Part shown: positions 1 to 10,288 of the stretch, piece after piece | Layout of the letters: each line of letters begins with the position of its first letter | Numbering within the stretch: the first letter of the stretch is position 1 | From: Trueperaceae bacterium | GTDB lineage: Bacteria > Deinococcota > Deinococci > Deinococcales > Trueperaceae | Direction of reading: 5' to 3' | DNA length: 64,000 nucleotides | Assembly: GCA_965213925.1 (NCBI GenBank) | Contig: OZ243927.1 | Location: 1,440,001-1,504,000 of the forward strand | Translations under genes and position numbers: made by a program | Notes under the pieces: generated by a model | What the model was told of the DNA's origin: nothing | The model's input: the letters and a program-made list of their open reading frames with translations, nothing else | Database searches by the model: none

Positions 1-1033
1 TCTCTTCTAAGCGGGAGGAAATCTCGCGGAGCGCCTCCGCCCAGCGCGAGGTCGAGTCCGCCATGACCGACACCCCGTAGCCCTGGTCGCGGAAGTATTC
101 CGCGATGGTGATGCCCGTATAGATGGACGCTTCGCGCGCCGCCACGGGCATGTTCGAGGTGTTGGCGATGAGCACGGTGCGCTCCATCAAGGGGTTGCCC
201 GAGGTGGGGTCTTCGAGTTCAGGAAACTCCACGAGCACGTCCGTCATCTCGTTGCCACGCTCGCCGCAGCCCACATAGACGACGATGTCCGCGTTGCCGA
301 ACTTCGCAATCGACTGCTGCGTGACGGTTTTACCCGAGCCGAAAGGACCCGGAATCGCCGCCGTGCCGCCCATCGTCAGCGGGAAGAGCACGTCTAAGAT
401 GCGCATTCCGGTCAAGAAGGGCGTGACGGGGTCGAGCTTTTTGGCGACTGGACGCGCCTGGCGCACGGGCCAGGGGTGGTAGAGCTTGAGTTCGGTGCCG
501 TCCTCTAAGGTCGCGATGACCTCCTCGACGGTGTACTCGCCCTTCGAGGCGATAGACTTGATTTTGCCCTTCGTGTCGGGCGGAACCATGATCTTGTGCG
601 TGAACGAGAACTCGGGGACGGTCCCTAAAATCTGACCGCCTTGGACCTCGTCGCCTTCGGAGACTTTGGGGGTGAACTCCCACTTCTGGTCGCGCGAGAG
701 CGAGTCGACCACCAAGCCGCGCCCGATGTAGGTGCCGGACTGCTCGTTGATGGTGTCTAAAGGGCGCTGAATCCCGTCGAAGATGCCGTTGAGCATCCCC
801 GGTCCGAGTTCGACCGTTAAGGGCAAGCCCGTCGAAACGACCGCCTCGCCGATCGTGAGACCGCCCGTATCTTCGTAAACCTGCACGAAAGCGGTGTCGC
901 CGTCCAAGCGGATGATCTCCCCGACGAGTTGCTCCTCGCCGACGCGCACGATGTCAAACATGCGTGCGCCCATCATCCCCTTAGCGATAACCGCCGGACC
1001 CGAGATGCGCTGAACTGTTCCTTCGATGGCCAT
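1..1033 (-). CDS. atpA: V/A-type ATP synthase catalytic subunit A (runs off the window start, 3' part missing)
   Basis: Manual translation from ATG at 1033: [19 protein letters not shown]...[23 protein letters not shown]...ELGPGML..., Walker [46 protein letters not shown] upstream. Not in the ORF track because it is truncated. Confidence 0.97.
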   Translation of the reverse strand, partial: MAIEGTVQRISGPAVIAKGMMGARMFDIVRVGEEQLVGEIIRLDGDTAFVQVYEDTGGLTIGEAVVSTGLPLTVELGPGMLNGIFDGIQRPLDTINEQSGTYIGRGLVVDSLSRDQKWEFTPKVSEGDEVQGGQILGTVPEFSFTHKIMVPPDTKGKIKSIASKGEYTVEEVIATLEDGTELKLYHPWPVRQARPVAKKLDPVTPFLTGMRILDVLFPLTMGGTAAIPGPFGSGKTVTQQSIAKFGNADIVVYVGCGERGNEMTDVLVEFPELEDPTSGNPLMERTVLIANTSNMPVAAREASIYTGITIAEYFRDQGYGVSVMADSTSRWAEALREISSRLEE

Positions 1034-1113
1034 TGTTGCCTCCCTTGAAGAGGTATGTCGTTTTGATGCTGAGAGCCTAGATGTCGAACTCTCAGCTTAT
1101 CCTAAGGTTGAAA

Positions 1114-1200
1114 AGTATTCAGTAGTCAGGTGTCAGAATTCAGCAGTCAGCAGGTTTTCCATGCTGAATTCCGATTACTGATACCTGACTACTCAGTATT
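1114..1200. repeat. Heptamer-tandem-repeat inverted hairpin in the atpF-atpA spacer
   Basis: agtattc-agtagtc-aggtgtc-agaattc-agcagtc followed by complementary ctgaatt-ccgatta-ctgatac-ctgacta-ctcagta. Confidence 0.7.
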
Positions 1201-1237
1201 TTACGACTCCATCTTTCGGTCACTACACGCTACTCCG

Positions 1238-1564
1238 TCACTCGAGCTTGATGTCAAACCCGATCGCACTGCGCACGAGCGATTTCATGTAATCTTTGGG
1301 GTCTTCGTCCTCGTCGAACGCCGCGCCCAGGCTGGGCATGGAGAGCAAGACGGGCAGGTCGCGTCCGCGCATGGCGCGCGCCGCTGCCTCGTTAGGTGCC
1401 GGGATGAGCCCCTGGTCTACGGCGACGAGGCCGTAGTCTTCAGATTCAATGACGTTCTCGAGCGCCTCTTGCGCCCCCTCTTGGTCTGTCTCTAAAACCT
1501 CGACGCCTGCCAAGCGGAAGCCCGTGGCGGTCTCGCTGTCGGTCAGAATGAGCATCTTAGCCAC
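1238..1564 (-). CDS. atpF: V/A-type ATP synthase subunit F
   Basis: ILTDSETATGFRLAGVE motif, C-terminal VRSAIGFDIKL, operon position. Confidence 0.95.
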   Translation of the reverse strand: MAKMLILTDSETATGFRLAGVEVLETDQEGAQEALENVIESEDYGLVAVDQGLIPAPNEAAARAMRGRDLPVLLSMPSLGAAFDEDEDPKDYMKSLVRSAIGFDIKLE

Positions 1565-2579
1565 GGCCTACCTCCTTGCCGAGTTCGCGCTCGAGCGCCT
1601 CGCGCGGCACGTTGTAGTATTTGCCCCTCGCGACGAGTCGGAGCCTCGAGGTCTCCTGCTCCTTGAGCCGCAGGTAGTAGAGCACCACGCCGATGCCCAG
1701 AGGGTTGCTCAAGTAGAGCTTGCGGGCGCTTTTATCCAAACTGCTCCGAATCACCTCTTCGGCTTCGCTCAGGTTGTCCGTCTCGGCAACTTCGCTAAAG
1801 CTCGTGTTGGAGAGGGGCTGCATGTCGCCGGAGAGGAGCGTGTCGAACATCGTCCGGCTGACCTCTTTGCCGCCTGAGAGGTAGAGCTTGTCCGCGTCGG
1901 CGTCGCCAACTGCGCTCTGCATCTTCGAAGCGGTGCGGATATTTGCCGCGTCCACCTCGCGCTGGATGTGCCGCGTCAGCATATCCGAGTGCGGGTTTTC
2001 GTCTAGCGCTTCGAAGAGGGCGGCGTAGTAGGCGCGGTCTAGGGCGAGTTCGAATTCGAAGAGGTCGCCGTCTGAGCTGTATTGACCGACGGCTTTGGTA
2101 AAGGCTTTCGAGAGCGGATGCCCGGTGATCGCGAGCGCTTGCGCTGCTGCGGGTAGGTCGGCAGCTTCGGCGATGTTGTTTAAGACCGCTGGCTTGAGTT
2201 CGCCCGCTGGGATAAGGACCGACTTGACGTCCTCCGCCTCGCGCCCCGAGTGCTTCGCCCGCGCGATCGCCTTGAGGTTTTGCAGGTCGTAGCGCAGCAA
2301 AAAGGTCGCGATGAGCCGCTCGGGAGCGCCGTCCGAGAAGTTGAGGATGGTGCGTGTGATGTTGCGGAAGTTGCGGGCTAGCGCAGTATCCACGACGCGC
2401 AGCCCGCTGTGTTGCGACTGCGCCTCCTCCACCTCGCTGCTATAGGGCGACTGCCCGAGCGAACTCATGAAGGCGTCGAACCCGGAAGCGTTGAGGGCGT
2501 CGGCGTAGAAGTCGTCGCCTAAGAGCTTCGCTTTGAGCCCGCGCACCCGCGCGTTGATGTAGCCGTAATCCGAGGGCAT
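1557..2579 (-). CDS. atpC: V/A-type ATP synthase subunit C (d)
   Basis: Likely true start MPSDYGYINARVRG at 2579; YDLQNLKAIARAK and EVDAANIRTA motifs. The ORF-track extension to 2774 overlaps atpE. Confidence 0.93.
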   Translation of the reverse strand: MPSDYGYINARVRGLKAKLLGDDFYADALNASGFDAFMSSLGQSPYSSEVEEAQSQHSGLRVVDTALARNFRNITRTILNFSDGAPERLIATFLLRYDLQNLKAIARAKHSGREAEDVKSVLIPAGELKPAVLNNIAEAADLPAAAQALAITGHPLSKAFTKAVGQYSSDGDLFEFELALDRAYYAALFEALDENPHSDMLTRHIQREVDAANIRTASKMQSAVGDADADKLYLSGGKEVSRTMFDTLLSGDMQPLSNTSFSEVAETDNLSEAEEVIRSSLDKSARKLYLSNPLGIGVVLYYLRLKEQETSRLRLVARGKYYNVPREALERELGKEVGRG

Positions 2580-2583
2580 ATGC

Positions 2584-3270
2584 TTAGCGTTCCTGACTAT
2601 CAGCGTCGTTGCTATCGTCACCGTTGCTATCGTCACCGTTGCTATCGTCACCGTTGCTACTATCGGCGTTGCTCTCGGTATTGCCCTCTGAGAAGAGAAC
2701 CTTGGAGACTTCTGAGGCGAGGTCATCTTTGGCGGACTCCAACCTGTCAAACAGGCTATTCTCCACCGTTGCACTCGCTCTAGTCGAGCGAACTTTGACG
2801 CCGCCCTCGACGGTCTCGTCCGTTTCCATCTTGTCGGCTAAGCCATGCTTTTTCGCCGCATCACTGATGTGCTTTTGGTCGTTCGGGTTGACGTAGAGCT
2901 TGGAGACGTTGTCGCTACCACCTAATGACTCGACGACCTCTTCCAACAAAGAGGTCAACACAGGCTTGTAGCGCTTGGCATCTTGGGTGAGGTCGCGGAG
3001 GTCCTGCTCAACCTGATCGAAGACCGACTCGACGGCGCGGTGCTGCGCCTTGAGCCGCATGGAGGAAGCTTCCAGCTGCGCTGAGCTGCGCCCACGCACC
3101 TTGACGGCTTCGCTCTGCGACGACGACGCGCGTTCCTTTTGTGCGCGAATCGACTCGGCTTCTTCTTCAGCCTGAGACTTAATTTCCGAGGCACGTTCAC
3201 GCGCCTCGGAGAGAATGGACTCGATCTCCGCGCCTGCTTCTTTCTCGAGCAGAGCAGAAAGATTCGCCAC
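2584..3270 (-). CDS. atpE: V/A-type ATP synthase subunit E
   Basis: N-terminal coiled coil, VNPND, GGVKV...VENSLFDRL; low-complexity acidic tail. Confidence 0.92.
   Translation of the reverse strand: MANLSALLEKEAGAEIESILSEARERASEIKSQAEEEAESIRAQKERASSSQSEAVKVRGRSSAQLEASSMRLKAQHRAVESVFDQVEQDLRDLTQDAKRYKPVLTSLLEEVVESLGGSDNVSKLYVNPNDQKHISDAAKKHGLADKMETDETVEGGVKVRSTRASATVENSLFDRLESAKDDLASEVSKVLFSEGNTESNADSSNGDDSNGDDSNGDDSNDADSQER
2607..2659. repeat. 15-bp tandem repeat (about 3.5 copies) encoding the (SNGDD)n tail of subunit E
   Basis: cgttgctatcgtcac x3 plus a partial copy. Confidence 0.9.
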
Positions 3271-3272
3271 GC

Positions 3273-3584
3273 TTAACCCCCTAGGTTACCCTGCAAGAAG
3301 AAGGCGATAACGAAGGCGAAGATGATGATGGTTTCAGGAATGACCAAGTAGATGAGAATCTGACCGAACGCTTCGGGGCGCTCCGCGAGCGTGCCCGCAC
3401 CCGCGCTACCAATCGAGGCTTGCGCGATACCGACGCCGATGGCTCCTAAACCGATGGCGAGCGACGCGCCAATCGCCAAGAGACCGTCGCCGATGCTAGC
3501 ACCGCCGCCGCCGCCCCCTTCTTGGGCGAAGACGAATCCTGCAACGAGCATAAAGGCGAGTACGGATAAAAGTTTCTTCATCAT
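3273..3584 (-). CDS. atpK: V/A-type ATP synthase proteolipid subunit K (c), with N-terminal signal-like segment
   Basis: Gly-rich hairpin GLGAIGVGIAQ...IPETIIIFAF with the carrier Glu. Confidence 0.95.
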   Translation of the reverse strand: MMKKLLSVLAFMLVAGFVFAQEGGGGGGASIGDGLLAIGASLAIGLGAIGVGIAQASIGSAGAGTLAERPEAFGQILIYLVIPETIIIFAFVIAFFLQGNLGG

Positions 3585-5575
3585 GCTTTTCCTCCAAAGA
3601 GTCTAAAGGGATTGTACGGACGACCGTTTTCTTCGTAAAAGCCGAATTTGGTAAAGAATTCGACGTAGTGAAGACGTAAGGGTTGCAGCGTGTGACCGAT
3701 AATCGTCAAGGCGATCGCGACGGTATGCACAAAGAGCGCCGCGATAATCCCTAAAATCGGTCCGATAATGGGCGCGACGCCGTTGAGCGCGAAGCCCACG
3801 TCAGTCGCGAGGTTAGCGACCAACGCGGCGGACAAGCCGACGGCGAAAAGTCGCAAGTAAGAGAGGATGTTGCCCGAGTTGGAGATAAGCTCCACGAGCA
3901 TCAGCGGCATTCGCGCCATCACGACGCCTAACAAAAAGACAGCGAAGCCTAGCGCCACGAAAAAGAGCACGAAGGCGTTGCCCTGCAAATTGTCGGTGAG
4001 AAAGGCGTAGGAAAAAACAACCGTGGCCGCTAAACCGAAGAACATGCCGATACCTTCCCAGGTGTGGTGCGAGTCGCCATGCTTGATGCCGTAGTAGGTG
4101 CGCAGCCCCCAACCGAGCAGCACCTGGAACACGCCGAAACCGATAGAAGCTAACAGCAGCGGCGTGGTTTGTTCTACTCTAAAGAGCAGAATGGGAATCC
4201 AGCCGTAGCCCTCTTCGTGGTGCAAGGGTGTATAGAAAATCGGCTTGCCGCCAAAGATGTAGATTCGCTCTAAAGCGTTACCGAAGAACTCGCCGTAAAT
4301 AAAGCCGAACGCGATGCTCCACGCCGCGCACCAGTTGATGACCGTGCCGATCGTCGGCAGCGCACTCGGCGAGATGGTGATGCCTAGAGGTCCTAAGCTA
4401 AGCGCGTTGCCCTTTTTGCCCCTCGAGCGGAACCACAGCCCGAGCGCTAAGAATGCCAGACCGAAGCCGATATCGCCGACCACTAGACCGAAAAAGAGCG
4501 GGAAGAAGACGGCTAAGGTCCAACTTGGGTCGAAGTAGCCGTATTTAGGCGGGCTGAAGAGCGACAACAACCCCTCGAAGGGGCTGATCCAGCCGGGGTT
4601 CTCGAGCTTGACCGGAATCCCTTTATCGTGGTGTTCGTCCGCCTTGCGCGACTCAGCGACGATGTCCTCACCGAACTGCTTCTCCAGAGCGCTCACCACG
4701 CGGCGGCGGTCCTCACTCGGGACCCAGCCCTGCAGCGCAAAGCTGTAGCGTCCGCCCGCCAGATCACCTAGCGTGTGGTAGCGACTCTGGTAATTGACAG
4801 CGACTTGATGCAGCGCTTTTAGCTTTGCGCCGTGCACCTTCGCGAGATGCCCCAGATCGCTCTGGATGGTCTTGAGGCGCTTAGGCAGCGTTTGCGAGCG
4901 CTCTTCCATCACGTGAACGGCTTTGGCGAAGCCGTGCTCGCCGTAGCGCTCAGGCAGTTTAAGCTCGGCTAAGCCGACGCGGTTGAGCGCCGCCGCAAGT
5001 TCGTTCTTGTCGTCCTTGAGCACGGCGACAACCGCTAAGCGCTCGCTGCGGAAGGACTTGCTCGACATCTCAAAACAATCTTCTAAGGATTCGTTGAGGG
5101 AGTCGCGCGCCTCTTTGAGCGTATCCTCGTCCGGCGCTAAAAACGCTGTACCGTAGAGGTAGCGGCTGCCTTCGAGTTGCGCCAGCTCCGGCGCGAGTTC
5201 TCTGAAGAGTGGCAGATACGTATTGATGAGGTCTAACTCATCACGAATCTCGCCGCGCTCGGCGACGAGGGTGTCCGTCTGGCCGCCCAAGTCACTCAGG
5301 TACGACTGAATCTCGGTGAGGCTATTCGGGACTTCACCCTTGCTGCTCGCTTCACGCTCAATAGAAAGCGTGTCAATGAGGGCTTCGCTCCTCGAGACCA
5401 CGCCGTCCCAGTTATCTCGCGCTTTCTGGTCACCCTCTTTGAGTTCAAAGCGGTTTAGCTCTTCGCCCTCCAAAGGAACGACCTGTACGACGCCCAAGCT
5501 CTGCAAGCTCGTCAAGAGGTCCTTGGCGATACTTTTACGTCCGACGATTAAAAGCCGGTCCATCGTTGCGATCAC
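3581..5575 (-). CDS. atpI: V/A-type ATP synthase subunit I (a)
   Basis: GWVP, FPLFFGLVVGDIGFG, SNSGNILSYLRLFAVGL and LRLHYVEFF motifs. Confidence 0.96.
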   Translation of the reverse strand: MIATMDRLLIVGRKSIAKDLLTSLQSLGVVQVVPLEGEELNRFELKEGDQKARDNWDGVVSRSEALIDTLSIEREASSKGEVPNSLTEIQSYLSDLGGQTDTLVAERGEIRDELDLINTYLPLFRELAPELAQLEGSRYLYGTAFLAPDEDTLKEARDSLNESLEDCFEMSSKSFRSERLAVVAVLKDDKNELAAALNRVGLAELKLPERYGEHGFAKAVHVMEERSQTLPKRLKTIQSDLGHLAKVHGAKLKALHQVAVNYQSRYHTLGDLAGGRYSFALQGWVPSEDRRRVVSALEKQFGEDIVAESRKADEHHDKGIPVKLENPGWISPFEGLLSLFSPPKYGYFDPSWTLAVFFPLFFGLVVGDIGFGLAFLALGLWFRSRGKKGNALSLGPLGITISPSALPTIGTVINWCAAWSIAFGFIYGEFFGNALERIYIFGGKPIFYTPLHHEEGYGWIPILLFRVEQTTPLLLASIGFGVFQVLLGWGLRTYYGIKHGDSHHTWEGIGMFFGLAATVVFSYAFLTDNLQGNAFVLFFVALGFAVFLLGVVMARMPLMLVELISNSGNILSYLRLFAVGLSAALVANLATDVGFALNGVAPIIGPILGIIAALFVHTVAIALTIIGHTLQPLRLHYVEFFTKFGFYEENGRPYNPFRLFGGKA

Positions 5576-5892
5576 GGTAGTACCTGCTCTTTGACGCGCT
5601 CAACCGCTTCGCCTCTGTTTTTCTCGGCTTGCGACTCGATGGTTTCGACCTCTCGCCGCGCCTCTCTTAAGACCTCTTGCCGCGCCTCTTCGCTCTCGGC
5701 TCGAGCCGCCTCGCGCCGCTCCTCGGCCCTTTTATCCGCCTCTTGCCGCGCTTCGGTTTTGATCTGTGAGGCTTCTTCTTGCGCCTCTTGGACGATTTGC
5801 TCCGCTTGTCGCTTCGCGTCCTCGACCTTGCCAATTAGGGTTTGCTCTTGAGAAACTAAATCCTGCAAAAGTTTTTCGCCCTGGGCTTCCAA
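5572..5892 (-). CDS. V/A-type ATP synthase peripheral stalk subunit G/H
   Basis: 106-aa charged coiled coil, first gene of the operon, GGAGGAGG RBS before TTG. Confidence 0.85.
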   Translation of the reverse strand: MEAQGEKLLQDLVSQEQTLIGKVEDAKRQAEQIVQEAQEEASQIKTEARQEADKRAEERREAARAESEEARQEVLREARREVETIESQAEKNRGEAVERVKEQVLP

Positions 5893-6113
5893 CCGGTCCT
5901 CCTCCCTCTACACTAAAACCAACTGATTTACCCCGGATAGCTTAGCCTGTACAAACATGTGCAGACACGCCCCCAACTCTACACGAAAGTGACGAGCCGA
6001 ATGCGCGGACTGCCCAGGTAGAGTAAACAGTGCGTACACAGGTACCAAATGGGGCATAAAAAAACGCGAGGTTACAGTTACGTGCACCTAACCAACCGCG
6101 CTTTGCAGCGCTA

Positions 6114-6142
6114 AGCATAACAACCCCACCAGAGAGTGTCAA
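6114..6142 (-). promoter_or_regulatory. Sigma70-type promoter of the ATPase operon
   Basis: Minus strand TTGACA-17 nt-TATGCT, about 220 nt upstream of the first gene. Confidence 0.7.
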
Positions 6143-6507
6143 CGAGACGAATGTCCCTTGTATTACCCCTTACCTGCGAGGCTTCGAAGAGGGGTTTAGA
6201 AGGCGCGGCGGCGCGCGGGTGAGAGTTGAAATATTGCGGCGCTGAGGGAGTTTCTTAAATTGAGTGGGACCTAACATAAGCTCCTTAATTCAAGTCGGGG
6301 AATATAGTAGGGAGCATTGAGCCGTTTGTTCAGCGAGACATTCTTCGCATCTGTCCAGGTTAGCACCGTGCAGAAATTCGCACCTTCCTTTCGGCTGCTC
6401 GACCTTACTGAATGTTCCGCCACGCCACCCTCCGATAAAGGTTAAAGTACAAATAACCGTTTATCATTGGCACAACCGTCTCTAGCTGGAATCTCTCGAG
6501 GAGCACT

Positions 6508-7269
6508 ATGAACATCAGCCTCTTCATCACCTGCTACAACGACACGCTCTACCCCGAAACGGGCAAGGCGATGGTCGAACTGTTCGAGCGTTTGGGTCAC
6601 GAGGTGGATTTTCCCTTCGAGCAGACTTGTTGCGGACAGATGCACTTCAACACGGGCTATCAGCGGGAGACCTTGATGATGGCGCGCAAGTTCGTGGAGA
6701 TTTTTAGGGACACTGAGGTCGTGGTGTCGCCCTCGGCGTCGTGTGTGGGGATGGTGCACGAGTTCTATCCGTATCTGGCGCAAGAGCATGGCGATGACGC
6801 GCTGCTGAAAGAACTAGAGACGCTCGCGCCTAAAGTCTTTGAATTCTCCGAGTTTTTAGTGAAGAAGTTGGGCATCACCGATGTCGGCGCGTACTACCCG
6901 CACCGCGTCACCTATCACCCGACCTGTCACAGCTTGCGCGGGCTCAAAGTAGGCGACGCGCCCTTGACGTTGCTCGAGCATGTGCGTGGGCTCGAGTTGG
7001 TTGCTCTGGAGGGAGCCGAGACGTGTTGCGGCTTCGGCGGCACATTTGCAGTCAAGAATGCCGACACCTCGGCGGCGATGCTCAGCGACAAGCTCAGGAA
7101 CGTCCAAAATACTCACGCCGAAGTGTGCGCGGCGGTGGATAATTCATGTTTAATGCATATCGGCGGCGCACTCCACAGGCAGCGGAGCGGCGTGAAAACA
7201 GTTCACATCGCGGAGATTTTGGTGGCTACGGATCAGAAAAAGGAGCAAGGAGCAAGAAGCAAGGAGTAA
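6508..7269 (+). CDS. lutA: Lactate utilization protein A (CCG-domain Fe-S protein)
   Basis: SLFITC, QTCCGQMHFNTG, YHPTCHSLR, TCCGFGGTFAVK, SCLMHI. Confidence 0.93.
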   Translation: MNISLFITCYNDTLYPETGKAMVELFERLGHEVDFPFEQTCCGQMHFNTGYQRETLMMARKFVEIFRDTEVVVSPSASCVGMVHEFYPYLAQEHGDDALLKELETLAPKVFEFSEFLVKKLGITDVGAYYPHRVTYHPTCHSLRGLKVGDAPLTLLEHVRGLELVALEGAETCCGFGGTFAVKNADTSAAMLSDKLRNVQNTHAEVCAAVDNSCLMHIGGALHRQRSGVKTVHIAEILVATDQKKEQGARSKE

Positions 7270-7313
7270 GAAGCAAGGCATTTTTATTCTTAATTCTTGC
7301 TTCTTACTTCTCC
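7240..7313. repeat. Heptamer-repeat hairpin overlapping the lutA stop
   Basis: (agcaagg/agcaaga/agtaaga)n then complementary tcttgct-tcttact-tctcc. Confidence 0.7.
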
Positions 7314-7336
7314 AGTTTTAGTAAAGAGAGGTTGAC

Positions 7337-8797
7337 ATGGCACTTCCCAGCAGACCCCCGAGCACAACGCCTATCCCCCTCCCGATGGCGTTTCAAGAGG
7401 CGGCGAAGAGCGAGTTGGAAAACGCCCAATTGCGGCGCAATTTGCACAAGGCAACCCACACCATCCGCGATAAACGCGCCGAGGTCGTGAACGAGCTGCC
7501 CGACTGGGAAGCGTTACGTGACGCAGGGCAGCAGGTTAAAGAAGAGGTCATGCGCAACCTGGACACATATCTGCTGAGGCTCGAGGAGTCCGTCACGAAC
7601 GCAGGCGGGCACGTGCACTGGGCGCGAGACGCAAAAGAAGCGCAAGACATCGTCACGCGCTTGGTCAAGGAGACGGGCACAAAAGAGGTCATTAAAGTCA
7701 AGTCGATGACCACCGAGGAGATTAAACTCAACGACGCGCTAGATGAGGCGGGCGTCCACGCCATCGAGACCGACTTAGCCGAACTCATCATCCAACTCGC
7801 CGGCGAGGAATCCTCGCACATCCTCGTCCCGGCGATTCACAAAAACCGCGCCGAAATCCGCGAACTCTTTTTACGCACGCTAGACGTGGACGAGCTATCC
7901 GACGACCCGAAGGAACTTACCGCAGCGGCGCGGCGCTACTTGCGCGAGAAGTTCTTAAACGTCGAAGTGGGCATCAGCGGCGCGAACTTCGCCGTGGCGG
8001 AAACGGGCACAGTCGGCGTGGTCGAATCTGAAGGCAACGGGCGGATGTGTTTGACGTTACCCAAAACGCTCATCAGTGTGATGGGTTTGGAGAAAATCCT
8101 CCCCTCTTGGCAAGACCTAGAGGTCTTTTTACAACTCCTGCCGCGCTCCTCGACGGGCGAGCGGATGAACCCCTACACGACGATGTGGACGGGACCGCAC
8201 GCAAATCATAGGGGCGGAGACGGACCACAGACCTTTCACCTCGTCCTACTCGATAACGGGCGCACCGACGTGTTGCGCGATGAGGTCGGGCGGCAGGCGC
8301 TCCACTGCATCCGCTGTAGCGCGTGTCTAAACGTTTGCCCCGTGTATGAGAAGGTTGGCGGGCACGCTTACCGCTCTATCTACCCTGGACCCATCGGCGC
8401 GATTTTGACGCCGCAACTCAAAGGAATCGAGAACGCTTCTTCTTTACCCTACGCCTCCTCGCTCTGCGGCGCGTGCTACGAGGTCTGCCCGGTCAAAATC
8501 GACATTCCGAAAGTTTTGGTGCATCTGCGTGGCAAGGTCATCGAAAAGAAAGAGGAGACGTTTAAGGGGAGAGCGAATCAAGAGGCGCTAGCGATGAAAG
8601 GTGCAGCGGCGATTTTTGCGAGCCAGAAGCGTTACGAGCGGGCGCAACGCCTCGCGAAATTGGCGCAGACGCCCTTTGTGCGTAGAGGTGCGATCGAGTA
8701 CTTGCCCGGTTATCTCTCGGGCTGGACGGCGACGCGGGACGTCAAAGCCGTGCCGCAAGAATCCTTCCGCGATTGGTGGCGCAAGCGTGAGCAGTAA
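7337..8797 (+). CDS. lutB: Lactate utilization protein B (LUD plus 4Fe-4S)
   Basis: KVKSMTTEEI, ETDLAELIIQL, ESEGNGRM, CIRCSACLNVCPVY, SSLCGACYEVCPVKI. Confidence 0.95.
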   Translation: MALPSRPPSTTPIPLPMAFQEAAKSELENAQLRRNLHKATHTIRDKRAEVVNELPDWEALRDAGQQVKEEVMRNLDTYLLRLEESVTNAGGHVHWARDAKEAQDIVTRLVKETGTKEVIKVKSMTTEEIKLNDALDEAGVHAIETDLAELIIQLAGEESSHILVPAIHKNRAEIRELFLRTLDVDELSDDPKELTAAARRYLREKFLNVEVGISGANFAVAETGTVGVVESEGNGRMCLTLPKTLISVMGLEKILPSWQDLEVFLQLLPRSSTGERMNPYTTMWTGPHANHRGGDGPQTFHLVLLDNGRTDVLRDEVGRQALHCIRCSACLNVCPVYEKVGGHAYRSIYPGPIGAILTPQLKGIENASSLPYASSLCGACYEVCPVKIDIPKVLVHLRGKVIEKKEETFKGRANQEALAMKGAAAIFASQKRYERAQRLAKLAQTPFVRRGAIEYLPGYLSGWTATRDVKAVPQESFRDWWRKREQ

Positions 8798-9443
8798 GGG
8801 CGTAGACAGTAGCGGGAGCGCGAAAGAGGTCATTCTAGGACGTATCCGCGAGATTATGCAGGACGCGCCCGCAGCGGAGCCGATCGCGCGCGAATATATT
8901 CAAACGTCTGAGCACGATGCGTCGTCGCAAATCGACCTCTTTACCGAGCGTCTGGTGGATTACGGTGCGGACGTTCATCATGTGACCTCTTCTGAGATTT
9001 CGAAAAAAGTGGCGGAGCTTTGTGGGGCTCAAAAGGTCGAAAGTTTGGTCGTACCAGCGGACTTGCCGCAGGACTGGCTGCCGAAAGAGGTGGAGATTCG
9101 TCCTGACGAGGGGTTGGGGCGGGAGGTGCTCGAGTCCACCGGCGGCGTCATGACCGGCTGCGCGCTCGCCGTCGCCCAAACCGGCACGATCATATTAGAC
9201 GGCGGCGAGCGGCAGGGGCGGCGCGTGATTACCTTGCTGCCCGACTTTCACATCTGCGTCGTCTTATCTGAACAAATCGCGGGCATCGTGCCCGAAGCCG
9301 TGAGCCGCTTGAAACCTTCCGCGAAGCGCCCGCTGACCTTTATCTCGGGACCCTCCGCCACCTCCGACATCGAGCTGAGCCGCGTCGAAGGCGTCCACGG
9401 TCCGCGCTCGCTCGCGGTGCTCGTGGTGAAAGGGGCGAGCTAA
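8787..9443 (+). CDS. lutC: Lactate utilization protein C
   Basis: GTG at 8787; AVAQTGTI, LTFISGPSATSDIELSRVEGVHGP. Confidence 0.93.
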   Translation: MSSKGVDSSGSAKEVILGRIREIMQDAPAAEPIAREYIQTSEHDASSQIDLFTERLVDYGADVHHVTSSEISKKVAELCGAQKVESLVVPADLPQDWLPKEVEIRPDEGLGREVLESTGGVMTGCALAVAQTGTIILDGGERQGRRVITLLPDFHICVVLSEQIAGIVPEAVSRLKPSAKRPLTFISGPSATSDIELSRVEGVHGPRSLAVLVVKGAS

Positions 9444-9645
9444 AGCGCACGTCTTTTCGCCTAACGGCTCAGGGCGACAGTCTCACCTTTCAGCCGATAG
9501 CCCAACCTCATCTCGAAAGGCTTCTTCACGCCTTTCTCACCTCCCGCTGATAGTTCTCTGAAGGATTTTAGGGTATAATCGTGTAATCCATCTAGGAGGC
9601 AGGGCCGCCACTCACAACCCGACTAACACAGATACGGACTCTGGC

Positions 9646-10248
9646 ATGGACGATATCAACAACCACGACACCATCCACGCACTCGACCCCTTCGCCTACG
9701 ACGAGGACCTGGAAGCGCTCAGCCCGATCGCAAACGTTAATGCGACGCGGGTGCTGATCCTCAACGCCTCATACGAGCCGCTGCATGTTTGCTCGGTTAA
9801 ACGGGCGGTGGCGCTTCTCATGTATGAGGTTGCCGAGCGCGTCGAGGACAGCGCCCGTGTGCTCCGCTCGCCCAGTCAAATCTTTGTGGTGCCGAGCGTG
9901 ATCCGCCTCAAGAAGTACGTGAAGCGTCCCCCGCGCCACCGCGTCGCCTTTAACCGCAAAAATGTCTTCCGCCGCGACGACCACACCTGCCAGTACTGCT
10001 TCGTCAAGAGCAGCGACCTCACGCTCGACCACGTGTTGCCGCGCAGTCGGGGCGGGGGAACGAGCTGGGAGAACGTGGTGGCGTGCTGCCACAAGTGCAA
10101 CGCGAAAAAGCGCGACCGTACCCCCGATGAGGCGAAGATGGCGCTCAAGCGCAAACCCTACGCGCCGCGCTTTATGTTCTCTTCGGCGTACGGCATCTTG
10201 CCGAGCATCGACCCGATTTGGGAAAAGTATCTACCGCGCTCCAAGTAA
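9646..10248 (+). CDS. HNH endonuclease (McrA/COG1403-like)
   Basis: VLILNASYEPL, VPSVIRL, CQYC...LTLDHVLPRSRGG...WENVVACCHKCNAKK; TATAAT at 9574-9579. Confidence 0.9.
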   Translation: MDDINNHDTIHALDPFAYDEDLEALSPIANVNATRVLILNASYEPLHVCSVKRAVALLMYEVAERVEDSARVLRSPSQIFVVPSVIRLKKYVKRPPRHRVAFNRKNVFRRDDHTCQYCFVKSSDLTLDHVLPRSRGGGTSWENVVACCHKCNAKKRDRTPDEAKMALKRKPYAPRFMFSSAYGILPSIDPIWEKYLPRSK

Positions 10249-10257
10249 TACGAGGTT

Positions 10258-10288
10258 GCACGGCTTAGTCTGAAAAACTAAGCCGTGC
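10258..10288 (+). terminator. Stem-loop after the HNH gene
   Basis: gcacggcttag / ctaagccgtgc 11-bp perfect stem, no clear U-tract. Confidence 0.55.

Noticed and set aside
3273..3584. Na+-coupled ATP synthase
   Set aside because: Q and ET are present but the downstream Tyr position reads Phe (PETIIIF), resembling the proton-coupled Thermus subunit; ion specificity cannot be called.
6465..6481. LldR/GntR-type operator upstream of lutA (ATTGGCACAACC)
   Set aside because: Only a half match to AATTGG-N5-CCAATT, and no regulator gene nearby.
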